From Octopus sinensis (Eukaryota): a stretch of 64,000 nucleotides of DNA. The position numbers were made by a program, and so were the translations under genes. Under the pieces are notes generated by a model that did not search any database, was not told the origin of the DNA, and was given only the letters and a program-made list of their open reading frames with translations. Positions within the stretch are counted from its first letter, which is position 1; each line of letters opens with the position of its first letter. Where the stretch lies: the NCBI RefSeq assembly GCF_006345805.1, contig NC_043000.1, forward strand, positions 154,566,001 through 154,630,000, read 5' to 3'. This document shows positions 13,418 through 24,757 of the stretch, piece after piece.

Positions 13418-13943
13418 AGAGGGAGAGATTAAGAGAGTTGTCACTTAATATGGTTTCTCCTTCTTCATTCAATGACTTGCAACGAACGAGTATATCTCAT
13501 TACTTTCAATGCGGATTTATTGGAAAATATATCTTAACTCAAATAATTCTGGCTGTAAAGAAATATCATGCGAGATAATTGAGGAGAGCATTGTTAGTTC
13601 TTAGTTCTGAGCTGCTTTATGTGTTTCATTTATAAAAACAGATACATTTTACTTCCTATGACCTCTCCAGAACCACGAGAATATTGCAGTTCGTTTGTAC
13701 GAAATAACAAGGTATTTTGACCGAGGGGGGTTCTCAGTTATTTGAAAGGATCTACCACTAGCTGTCTAATTTGCGAAAATCATACTGAAATGTTAGGTAA
13801 GAGTTATATTCACATGGAGCTGTTGGAGAGACGAGGTCGTTCGAATCGGTTGACCACTTTTAAAGGCCACTTATGTGAAAAAGATATCTCTAATCTGGGA
13901 AAATCCAAGCAACATTTACGCGAATTAAATGAAAACTAAAATG

Positions 13944-14354
13944 GTTGATAAACGAATATGTCCTATGTGATGTAAAGGAAGAAAAAGGATGGAAGCGAAG
14001 AGAGAATTGCGATAGTCTTATCTGTCGGTCCGGAAAAAGGGGTCACTTTCAACGACCACGTGCTCTGTCTCGATCTGCAAGATTCACTCAACGTCCACGT
14101 GCGCTATCCGTCACCGTACAGTCTGACGCACGTCTGCTCTGATGCGCTGTTCGCCGCCAACTGCGTCTTCGCGCTTCACTGACCCCACATGCCCACCGTG
14201 GCCCTTTCGGTAGAACCACAGGCCCCAATTCCGATAGGACATGCCTACTCTCTCACTTCCGATCCTTCCCTACAACACAGCCTGGTTTATAACACCACAC
14301 GCCCCCAACCTGCCCACACCCGCTCCTCAACCTTGATCGCACGCCTTAACTTGT
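13944..14354 (-). mobile_element. Gypsy LTR (13944-14294) plus about 60 bp of adjacent internal sequence/PPT
   Basis: Highly similar to 22790-23200; near-inverted termini gttgataaac / gtttataaca. Confidence 0.88.
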
Positions 14355-14622
14355 GATTTCATTTAATCAAGTTGTCTGACTCGTTTATCACGAATGAGGT
14401 CCTGGTATTCACAATAGAGTCACAATCACTAAACTACAACGTGATATACTTCCATATCTAGTTTGGTTAACGGTTTAGGAAGTCGGAATCTTGAGTATCC
14501 TATGATAGAGGAAACGGAAGATCTTTTAATAGGTCAATGACAACACTCACATGATTTAAGATTAATTTACTAAGACAATTGCATACATAAGTCAGGTCCC
14601 ATGAGTTACAGTGTGGGAAAAT

Positions 14623-14766
14623 ATTTACATTATTTACATTTGACGGATATTTGTCCTCATCTTATTTGTTGTTAACACAACGTTTCGGCTGATATACCCT
14701 CCAGCCTTCATTAAGTATCTTGGGGAAATTTCGAACCTGGGTTCTCATTCCTAAGGTATTTTTCGA

Positions 14767-14801
<35 letters not shown>

Positions 14802-14872
14802 TCACTGCTTGGAATCGAACTCGGAATCTTGGGGTTAGTAGCCCGCGCCCTCAACCACTATGCCAGATGCCC
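14623..14872 (-). mobile_element. tRNA-headed SINE-like element with HHR motif (left copy of a head-to-head pair)
   Basis: Head gggcatctggcatagtggttgagggcgcgggctactaaccccaagattccgagttcgattcc has A box and B box (GTTCGATTCC), then (AAT)n, body, HHR-like ...gatac-TTAATGA-a-ggctg..cagcc-GAAA-CG-TT-gtgtt, and (atgtaaata)n tail. Confidence 0.8.
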
Positions 14873-14874
14873 AC

Positions 14875-14930
14875 GGACATATGGCGTAGTGGTTAAGATT
14901 CCGAGTTCGATTCCAAGCAGTGACCTGAAT

Positions 14931-14967
<37 letters not shown>

Positions 14968-15120
14968 TCGAAAAATACCTTAGGAAGGAGAACCCAGGTT
15001 CGAAATTTCCCTAAGATACCTGAAGAAGGCTGGAGGGTATATCAGCCGAAATGTTGTGTTAACAACAAACAAGATGAGAATAAATATCTGTCAAATGTAA
15101 ATAATGTAAATAATGTAAAT
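14875..15120 (+). mobile_element. tRNA-headed SINE-like element with HHR motif (right copy; part of tRNA head deleted)
   Basis: Inverted copy of the left element; head deletion between two AAG microhomologies (ggttaag|attccg); HHR gatac-CTGAAGA-a-ggctg(gagggtatat)cagcc-GAAA-TG-TT-gtgtt at 15015-15060. Confidence 0.8.
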
Positions 15121-15733
15121 ACTTCCTCATCTCTTGAATATAGAACAGGAAGATATTTGATAAACAAAATATTCCCGTCGTTTGAGAGTCAGGCGATAAT
15201 CTGTGCGGGAAGGAATATTCGATGGAACTGGTATTTATTTCAATGACAATGACAAAATGAAAGGCTATTTCAAAAGTTGTGTAATTTAAGCGTAGAGGAA
15301 TGCTATTAACTTCATATTATAAAAAAATTTAATCCCCTTCTTTTCCATTTCTGTCAACTCTCCGCCCACTGAACATTGAATGATTTATCGATTGACAAAT
15401 ATTGATATAAAACTGCAACAAATAAAAGGGGAAATATCTGTATAAAAGAAAATTTAAATCAATATTTACCATCTGTTATTGCTGATAGTTCTATTTTCTT
15501 TCTTTCTTATTTATCTGACTGCCACAGCTGCTACCAATCTATTTATTACCCTAAATGGGTTAAAATTTAGCACAATTAGTCTCAGATGAGAGCACTATTG
15601 AGAAAATGATAAGGTTTTCGTGTATCGACTTTGCATATTTTTCTATACTCTTTAACTTATATAAACTACTGCAGTCTCCGGAAAAGGCACGAACATAAAA
15701 AAACTTTCAAGTTTTCCTTTAAATATTATTTAC

Positions 15734-16047
15734 ATAGAATGGTTGTATACTGTCAATTTAACGTGACAGTAGGGGATTACACCACCGCTGTTTAGCCCTA
15801 GGAAGCATCGACGCCTCCTGATGGCTTCGACACATTTTTTCCTGTGTCCTTATATATTTACGAAGGGGAGACAAATACCCCCAGCAGCCAGGCCTGCATC
15901 TACCTACCCCTTCGTAAATATAAAGGGACACAGGAAAAAATTTGTCGAAGCCATCAGGAGGCGTCGATGCTTCCTAGGGCTAAACAGCAGTGGTGTAACC
16001 CCCTACTGTCAAGTTCAGGTTAGATTGACAGTATACAACCACTCTAT
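15734..16047. mobile_element. MITE-like foldback, about 315 bp
   Basis: Arms about 140 bp (atagaatggttgtatactgtcaa... / ...ttgacagtatacaaccactctat) around a short GC-rich spacer. Confidence 0.75.
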
Positions 16048-16375
16048 CGCCCCACCACCGTACATATCTCTATGAGATATTTAGAAATTTAATATCTCTG
16101 ATTATTTACATAGCTTGCATAAAATGAATCAATGCAATGCTTATTGGACTTATGATAATATCTGTTTGAAAACACCAGTTCTCGCCTGACTACTGAAGTG
16201 ATGTTAATCGGTTAAATATTTTAAATGGTTGAAGAGTAAAAAGCTGCGTAACAGCTAGGAACATTGGTATTCAGTTACAGTTCCTTACTTTCTAAGTTCA
16301 AATCCAAGGTCAACTTTACGTCCCTCTGGCTTCGATAACGTACCGGGGTAATATCGAGTTTTGTTAGATCTACAA

Positions 16376-16790
16376 GATCTTTTCGGTTTGAACGGCAGTT
16401 TTTAACATAATTTCTAGGTAACTAAAAAATTTTAAACTTCGTATACTGGTAGAATGCGTTTATAAAACATCTTTTTCTCTTGGCTTTATTGAGAGAATTC
16501 TATAGTTTGTTAGATATTTGTTGTTTTTTTTTCTTTAATTTCTGCAATTTCAACCAATTAATGACATCCATTGAGGTAAAATAAAAACATTCTGTGCCGT
16601 ATGAATATGTCCTTCGTTTAAGAAACAGATTGGGTTTATTTACATTCGTAAAGAAAAAAGATACCCTTCCCCCCTCCCCTAACCCTAAAACAGATTGAAA
16701 TGCAACAGATCGATACTAGGGTCATAATTATGGGTGACAATTTCATATGACACCGCTAGAAAAAAAACTGACGTTCAAACCGAAAAGATC
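16376..16790. mobile_element. MITE with about 28-bp TIRs
   Basis: gatcttttcggtttgaacggcagttttt ... aaaaaaactgacgttcaaaccgaaaagatc. Confidence 0.75.
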
Positions 16791-16861
16791 CGATCTAAAT
16801 ACTCTTATTCCTAAATTCGTCATCTTTTGCTGATATAAGAAATTGGTATTTAAAATCACAG

Positions 16862-17076
16862 GCGACGAGCTGGCAGAAACGTTAGCACGCCGGGTGAAAT
16901 GCATAGCTGTATTTCGCCTGCCGTTACGTTCTGAGTTCAAACTCCGCCGAGGTCAACTTTGCCTTTCATCCTTTCGGGATCGATTACGCACTGGGATCGA
17001 TATAATCGACTTAATCCATTTGTCTGTCCTTGTTTGTCCTCTCTGTGTTTAGTCCCTTGTGGGTAGTAAAGAAATA
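16862..17076 (+). mobile_element. SINE family B monomer
   Basis: 17-bp TSD ggtatttaaaatcacag (16845-16861 / 17077-17093). Confidence 0.92.
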
Positions 17077-18459
17077 GGTATTTAAAATCACAGAACCTCT
17101 CAGAAACTCAGGTACTGAAAGGAAGTGTGTTTCTCAAATAATCCCATATTTAGACAGTAAACTGGTATTGGGAATGACGTATCACGTACCACTAGATTCT
17201 TTGCAAAATAACAGCGAGGAAATATACTGACGTCAATATATTTGGTTTCCTTACTTCCTCCATTAAAATAGGTCCGTGTCTAGCCACAATAAATCAATAT
17301 CAAATTGTAAAAGTAGCGAGCACACCAAAGAGATCGAACCTGCCTCTTGGTCATGATTATACGGGTCACAATTGTTCGCTTCAAGAAAGTTCACTTTCCA
17401 TATGTTCCTAACGTTCTTGAGGGGAAAAGCATGGACGTAGAAAAAATTTTACTCTTATATTTCCAAGTATTATAGATTTCTTGTTTAGTCAAAGGTAAAC
17501 CAAAGTTATTGGTGGTTGTGACTGTGGCTCAGTGAGAACTCAGCATGATATAGTTTCATATTCTTAAAGAAAATTTATGGTCATAATAGAAAACTTACGT
17601 TACATACAAAACTTATGGTCTTGAGAAAAGCTCAAATATCATTATCCTGACTTCCTCTTTTCATGAAGTAAAAACAAAAAATGGTGGATACATCCAAAAA
17701 CGAAATATCAAATATACTACACAAATATTTAATGTATGGTTCTGTGTCACGCATATAAGAGAAATAGAACACTTTTAAGATGGTGGATTGAAATATTCGA
17801 CACCTCTTCACAAGGTCTTCAGATTCCAGCAGGACGAAAATAAAACTTATTCTTTTATCTTATACGTTCCAGTTGCAATTGAAAGGGAGGTTTGAAGTGA
17901 ATCAACTGAAGCTGTTATCTTATTGTGTTAGAAGAGAATCCAAATACCGCGTCTTCGTCAATATGACAACGATCATATGCTCTTTTGATTAGTCACAAAA
18001 CATTTTGTTTTTAGTAAAAAGGAAATTTAATGTTGTGCCATTCATGTTGTTTTTTTTTACAAAGGTATAAGCAGTGTAGTCAATACACAACATTCAGGAA
18101 CAAAGACATTGAGAACCTACTTCAATGAAATGCATAATCTAGTCTTCTTTGATAGTGACAGAACAAAGTCGCCACACAGATGAAGGAAATGTCTTTGCAA
18201 CGAAATATCCTCGATATTCATGAATAATTCACAACTAAATCTTCATATTGGTATGCGAAATTCTCTCGTGGTGGCTATATATTGCTATAATATAACATGT
18301 ATTTCAATGTCTACGCCTTCTCTCCGGGGCCACATATTACTTCCGCCATTGACGTTACACAAAGCATTTGTTCCCCACACTAGCATATTGTTCATATAAT
18401 AGAGTAGTTTCTACAAATATTCAGAAACACTCCAGTTATATATACATATACATACATAT

Positions 18460-18524
<65 letters not shown>

Positions 18525-18675
18525 ATTATATATATATATAAGAAAATAGTAAAGTGTGAAAAAACGACAGAAGGCTTAAATGTTAAAAAATATATATATT
18601 TGTGTCAAAATGTCTGGAGAATATTGGAAAAATTTTTTTCCTTTCCTTAAAATGACATAATTTTAAAATTTTTAA

Positions 18676-18713
18676 AGAAATTACCGGTTTCGCGTGTAGC
18701 TTTTCAAATTTCT
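18676..18713 (-). ncRNA. Minimal type I hammerhead ribozyme variant in PLE 3' region
   Basis: Minus strand: agaaat-UUGAAAA-gc(uacac)gc-GAAA-CCGG-UA-auuucu. Perfect 6-bp stem I, 2-bp stem II, palindromic ACCGGU stem III, GUA cleavage triplet; core deviates from CUGANGA. Confidence 0.7.
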
Positions 18714-18850
18714 TGTGACGTTATGTTTATATTGCATGGAGTTATCGTTGTGTTTATTAACAGGAGATTTCTAAATAAGGGGAGGTAGTGAGTGATTTCT
18801 TCCGGTGTAAGGGAGATAATCGCTTAAAGATTTTTTTTCCCTTTTCCTTG

Positions 18851-20679
18851 TTAATTTCTCTGTGTCAGTATGTTCGGATGGTTGAGTCTGGGTTTGTACT
18901 TTTCAATGAAGAATGTTTCCTTGTTCAGTCTCATTTGTGTTGATGATCCGAAAGCACATTGGTAAAATGGGAAGATTAAAAATTGTGGCAGTATTTGCTT
19001 TGCGCATTTCTCAATGTGCTCACTAAAAGGTATCATTCTATATTCTGGGAATGCAATCTGTTGTCGATGCAGTGTGCATCTACGCCTGAGTGATAGTCCC
19101 GTTGAACCCACGTAGTCTTGGTGGCAGCCCGAGCATTTAATAACATAAATTATGTTTTCAGAGGCACAAGTAAAGTTAGATTTGATCTTGAATTTCTGTC
19201 CCTCTTTAAAGAAGAATTCTGATCCTTCCAATAGGTTAGGACATGTTGCACAGTTCGATCTACCACATTTTTTTACTTTTGCATCCGTAATTTTAGAAGA
19301 CAATTTTGCCTTTGTGAGAATCTTTTTAAGTGATTTAGGTTGTTTGTAGCTTTTAATGATTTGGTGTATGTTTAGAATTTCCTTTAATTTTGGGTTTTTA
19401 TGAAGTATTGGTAAATTCTGGGTGATGATGGTGAAGGCTTCTTTGTTTCTGGGGTTGTATGTAGATATGTAAGGTAGTATTTTCGGAGAAGGTGTGTTGT
19501 TGTGTTGAACTTTTCTTAAAGTTTCTATGTTGATTTCTGTTGCACGTCTGATCCCATCCTCTATGAGTTGAGCTGGGTAATGTCTATCAATTAGGGTGTT
19601 TTTGAGTTCTTGCAGTCTAAAGTTCCTGGTATTTTGTTCTGACACTATTGTGCATATCCTTCTTGCAAGGTTGAAGGGGATGTTTGTTTTAGTGTGTCTT
19701 GGGTGGCATGAATTAAAAAGAAGGTATTGTTTGGCGTCTGTGGCTTTGTAAAAAATGTCTGTTTCTATTTTAAGGTTAATTTTTTTAATTAGTATATCCA
19801 AGAACGGGAGCTCCTTTTGGTTGTATTCCATTGTGAACTGTATATTTGGGTTTATGCTGTTCAATAGGTTTTTAAATTTTAGGAGTTTATCTATGTTTTC
19901 ATTCCAGAGGATGAAACAATCGTCTAGGAATCGTTTCCAATTCTCTTTTATGTATTGAGAGAGGGAGTTTCCAAAGATTGATAGAGATTCCTGGTAAATG
20001 ATTATTTCCATGTATCCCATTGTTAAGTTCGCAATGACTGGTGCTGCCCTTTTACCCATAGCAATTCCGGATTTTTGACGGTAAAATGTATTGTCAAACA
20101 TGAAGTGGTTATTGTGTAGGATGAATTCAATTGATTTAGTAATGAATTCCTTACTGATCCTTTTTGGTATTTCTTCCGGAAATTGGTCTAACCAGAACTG
20201 TATTGCCTCCAGTCCATAATTATGAGGTATACTGGTATACAAGTTGACTACATCAAATGAAACCAGGATTGTTTCTTCCTTGGTTTTTTTGGAAGGTGGT
20301 TTAACATATCTAAGTCATCTCTGATATGGCTATCGATATGTTTAAGGAAGGGTTTCAGGAGGATGTCCATAAGTAGACTTAGTCTGTGTGTTTCACAGGT
20401 TGGGCCAGCTACAATGGGTCGTAGTTTTAGGTCCCCCGGATTAGGTGTGTGTATGTATGTCTTTGGTGATTTTTTAATGGTTTCATTTATAATTTGACTT
20501 TTATGAATTTTTGGCAGACCATAGAAAAGGCTAGGTTTGCATTTAAAGTTTGTTAGGAAATCAATCTCTTTGGTTGTCAGTTCCTTTTCATGGGTTTTAA
20601 TTAGTGAAGATAGAGTTTTCATTATTTTTTGTGGGGTGTAGTTGGTAATTTTTTCATAATGTAGGTCTTCATCTGGCAC
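18851..20679 (-). CDS. PLE reverse transcriptase / GIY-YIG endonuclease, about 609 aa if the 1-nt frameshift is corrected; N-terminus missing
   Basis: ORF track 463 aa + 143 aa with all RT and EN catalytic motifs; the GTG start at 20679 is probably a truncation point rather than a true start. Confidence 0.88.
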
Positions 20680-20970
20680 TGGTCTAAATACTTATCCTAA
20701 CTTTTCCCCATTCTAACTTTCAACTACCGATAGCGCTCATCTTGCTCACATTTTTCTTTCAATAAATGCAGAAGCAAACTAGTTAGGGAACCTTTAAGAA
20801 TTATCTTTACCTGCTAGAAATAGTTTCCAAATCTCCCCACTCTTACTGTCATATAAAAGGAAAGGACACATTAGATAATGTATTCCTTGATATACCATGA
20901 TTAACAAAAAGAAATTATGAAATGGGTAGGACTGGAATATTTTTGATCATAGATCTCCTTTATCAGTTAA

Positions 20971-21370
20971 CTAGCAGTATCGCCCGGCGTTGCTCGGGTT
21001 TGTAAGGGAAATAACTATATAAGCATTTTTAGAGAGTTATAGCCAAAAAATAGCAAAAAAATGCATTAAAAACGGAAAAAAAATGATGGTAATTTTTTAA
21101 AAAATCGTTGACTCATCGTAGACATTTTTAGAGAGTTACTTCCCTTATATAATAGCGAAAAAATGCATTAAAATGGAAATAAATGATGGTAAATTTTTTT
21201 TAAATCGTAGACTCATCGTAGACGCGCGCTAATACCCAGAAGGGGTCGATATGAATCACGCCTATAAGATATCCGGTTTTGGTTAAACTGCACCGCAAAA
21301 TGTGGGAGTAGTTAGGAATCTAAATCGTAGGAGACAGACAGACACACAACCTCTCTTTTATATATAAAGA
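20971..21370 (-). mobile_element. Non-autonomous Helitron, 400 bp
   Basis: 5' A|TCTTTATATATAAAAG at 21370; 3' CTAG|T at 20971-20974; hairpin cccgagcaacgccggg (20983-20998) about 8 nt before CTAG. Confidence 0.85.
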
Positions 21371-22026
21371 TATTGTGCAATAATTCGAGCTCAATACCAG
21401 TCGATCGATCTCCCCAGTTCAGGAGTAACTGGAAATACTACGAGTACTTTTTCTCCTCACATACAAAAATAGTTAAGTGAAATGTTGTCAATCAAAAATA
21501 TAACACTATCCAACGTACCGCGAGCTTATTCCTCGCTCCGTGTCAGTAACAATAACGACACAAAGATATGGAATTGTAGGGACGAATTAAATTAACACAA
21601 CGAAAGGATGAAAGCCAAGTTGATCTCGACGGGTTCTGGACTTAGAATATAAAGGGGCGTAACAAAAAAATTGCAAAGCATTAACTCCTACGCTCTACTG
21701 ATTCTAGAGTATTTATAGTACACTGACAAAAACTACGCTCTCTGTGGAACAACATTCTATTCGGCAAACTATATTATTCTGTTCATTGTTAAAATTTTCA
21801 TTGGATATTTTTTTTTTACTTGGTAGCTAATTTAGAAGGATCATTGAAAAAACTCGGGGCGTACCCTATATATTTTATTCCCCAGAGACTGGTTAACAGT
21901 AAACAACAATTATCATGTTGCCATTAACATACATTTTCCCTGCAAATGTACTCGGTGTTGAAATTAATAATAATAATAATAATAATAATAACTTTTAGTA
22001 TTAACACAAGGTCTGAAGTTGCGGAA

Positions 22027-22163
22027 TAGTTGCTTACCAACCACATGGTTCCGGGTTCAGTTCCGCTGCGTGGCATCTTGAGCAAGTGTCTTCTACTATA
22101 GCCTCGGGCCGACCAAAGCCTTGTGAGTGGATTTGGTAGACGGAAACTGAAAGAAGCCTGTCG

Positions 22164-22200
<37 letters not shown>

Positions 22201-22425
22201 ATGTGTTTGTGTGTCTGTGTTTGTCCCCCTAGCATTGCTTGACAACCGATGCTGGTTTGTTTATGTCCCCGTAACTTAGCGGTTCGGCAAAAGAGTCCGA
22301 TAGAATAAGTACTGGGCTTACAAAAGAATAAGTCCCGGGGTCGAGTTGCTCGATTAAAAGCGGTGCTCCAGCATGGCCGCAGTCAACTGACTGAAACTAG
22401 TAAAAGAGAGAGAGTAAAGAGTAAA
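22027..22425 (+). mobile_element. SINE family A, slightly 5'-truncated
   Basis: Match starts at tagttgcttaccaaccacatgg. Confidence 0.9.
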
Positions 22426-22789
22426 CCGTTGCTTGACTAATACTTTATGTTCACAACTCCAAAAGCTGGAAGAGCAAAGCAAAACCAAGCGAGATTTGAG
22501 ATTTGGAAGTTTGAAGACTGTTAATAAAAATCGGAGAACATTTTGTTTAGCACGCTGTCGATCATATCACTTAACTGTTCATCTCGTTGTAGTAAATGTG
22601 TGCAGTTTGCATAGAAACCTTATAACAGAGATGGAAGCACACAAAATAAAAGAGATGAAAGCAAACAACAATACGAAGACAATGTACACTCATGAGAAAG
22701 CTCACCTTACAATTTCTATCACCATAGCCACCAGACAGATCCATGTTCCCAGGCAAAGGAACACAGAGGCAATCCTGACGATGGACTCG

Positions 22790-24757
22790 GTTGATAAACA
22801 AATATGTCCTATGTGATGTAAAGGAAGAAAAAAGACGGAAGCGAAGAGAGAATTGCGATAGTCTTATCTGTCGGTCCAGAAAAAGGGTCACTTTCAACGA
22901 CCACGTGCTCTGTCTCGATCTGCAAGATTCACTCAACGTCCACGTGCGATATCCGTCGCCGTACAGTCTGACGTACGTCTGCTCTGATGCGCTGTTCGCC
23001 GCCAACTGCGTCTTCGCGCTTCATTGACCCCACATGCCCACCTCGGCCCTTTCGGTAGGACCCACAGGCCCCACTTCCGACAGGACATACCTACTCTCTC
23101 ACTTTCGATCCTTCCCTACAACACAGCCTGGCTTGTAACACCACACCCCCCCAACCTGCCCACACCCGCTCCTCAACCTTGATCGCACGCCTTAACTTGT
23201 CTCGTAATCAGCCGACCAGTGAGGAGGGCACTGATCCCCCTGTGACTGTCGTGGGACTGGCTCAGTTCCTGGCATGTTGCGTCTGGCTTCGTCCTCTTGT
23301 CCATTACTGTTAGCCCCATCCTCATGCGCACATCCAAAACATGTCGTGGCATGCCATCTACGGACACATTGTTCCTCGAATTCACAGAGGTTATTGTCTC
23401 CTTTCCTCACCGCGCATTTGGGAGTTTAACCTAGACTTCTTTCCCGACCTGCACAAAGGCACGCCCTTTCTCTTCTGCGAGATGCGGCGATGCGGTACAT
23501 GGATGTATCCACTCGTACTTGAATATTGCCCTGTATGGCTTTGACTCCTCAGTCTGTCCCGTCCCGGACGACATATTATATCAAAAAACGGTCTCGACCG
23601 GTGAGATGTGGCCCCTCTCTGCTATGGTCTTGATGGCACGATGATGCCTCTCCACAATCCCATTGCGACTTGGCCGGTATGCTGCTCTGAAGAAACAGCT
23701 GACATGCCATTTGTCAATCATTTCCTCCAGCACCTCCGAGTGAAACGCAGTGCCATTGTCCACAAACAGCTCATCCACAGGGCCTCGTTCTAGGAATATC
23801 TCATTCAGTATTCTTGTGATTTCCGCGTGGTTAGGTCAGAGTCAACTTTCTTGGCTAGGAACAGCGTCCTGTCCATGGTATGCAAGCTGCTCAGATCCGA
23901 GTCACTCAGTCGACACAGTGCAGCCACTCCTTGCTCCAGGTCCGCTGGCACCTGCAACTAGGCTATCTTTACTCTGGTCAGGACGTCCGCTCTATTCCTC
24001 TCAGAGGGTACAAAAACCACACTCAGCTTCAAGTCAAACTCGGCAAGTAGCTCGCCCAGAATTCTCAAACGGCGTTTTATCAGCATCTCTGCGCCCCCTT
24101 TGGTTCGCCAGTGACCACTAATCCCACCCATTTAAGTACAGTGGCCAAATCGGTCTGGACCTCGATGGTACACAGCCCCCACCTCAGAGCCAGATTCATC
24201 CCCTTCGACACGGCATCCAGCTCCGTCACATTGATGTGGTTGCAGTCGTCCTTCTTCTTAAGCCAGGCCGCATCCTACACCACGACACCTCCATTTCCAG
24301 GACAACTCCCGTTGCTATGCTGCTAACATCACACTACACGATCCCATTCTTCAATTTGGGCACATACCTGTTCCCTCTTACTGGTTCCTCTGCAGTCACA
24401 CTCTCCAAGACTTCTTGCATCAAGGCGGTTGTCTTCTCACCCACGTTATCACTCCACCTTACTCCTTCAGCTCGCCTCTTTATGAAGCTGCATGCCGTCT
24501 AGAGCCATCCTGCAATCGGGTAGTGTCCCAGCAGCTTCCTCCACACAGAAAACAGTTCTCACCTACTCGTTTTGGAGACCAGTTCTGAGATCTCATTCCC
24601 TCTCCGAAAGACCAACGCCCCAACCTCGTCTCTCCGTAGCTTGAACACCAGTGCAGCTTCTCCTTCTATCGCCTTCGGCGGTTTGGCAGTTAACCCAAAA
24701 CTCTTCAGGTGGCTTATGACCTCCTTTTCCGACACTATGCTCTCGTCCACCAGGAGA
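22790..24757 (-). mobile_element. Ty3/gypsy LTR retrotransposon fragment: RT/RNase H/integrase remnants, PPT and 3' LTR (22790-23140)
   Basis: DELFVDNGTAF...RAAYRPSRNGIVERHHRAIK (integrase); CDVSSIATGVV and HINVTELDAV (RNase H); purine tract before TGTTACAAG; LTR shared with 13944-14294. Confidence 0.88.

Larger units (their letters stand above)
18545..20680 (-). mobile_element. Penelope-like retroelement (Neptune-like), 5'-truncated, near-intact RT + GIY-YIG ORF followed by 3' pseudo-LTR region with hammerhead motif
   Basis: ORFs 20248-20679 and 18851-20242 join across an A7 run at 20284-20290; one more A gives LPKKTKEETILVSFDVVNLYT. RT motifs SFDVVNLYT, GIAMG, RFLDDCF; Cys linker KCGRSNCATC; GIY-YIG IIYVIKCSGCHQDYVGST. 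The Cys-rich linker is typical of Neptune PLEs (recalled, not computed). Confidence 0.93.

Noticed and set aside
17860-18360. Coding-looking unique sequence (also 2900-3420 and 7200-7620)
   Set aside because: All frames have frequent stops and no family could be recognised; may be decayed transposase but unsupported
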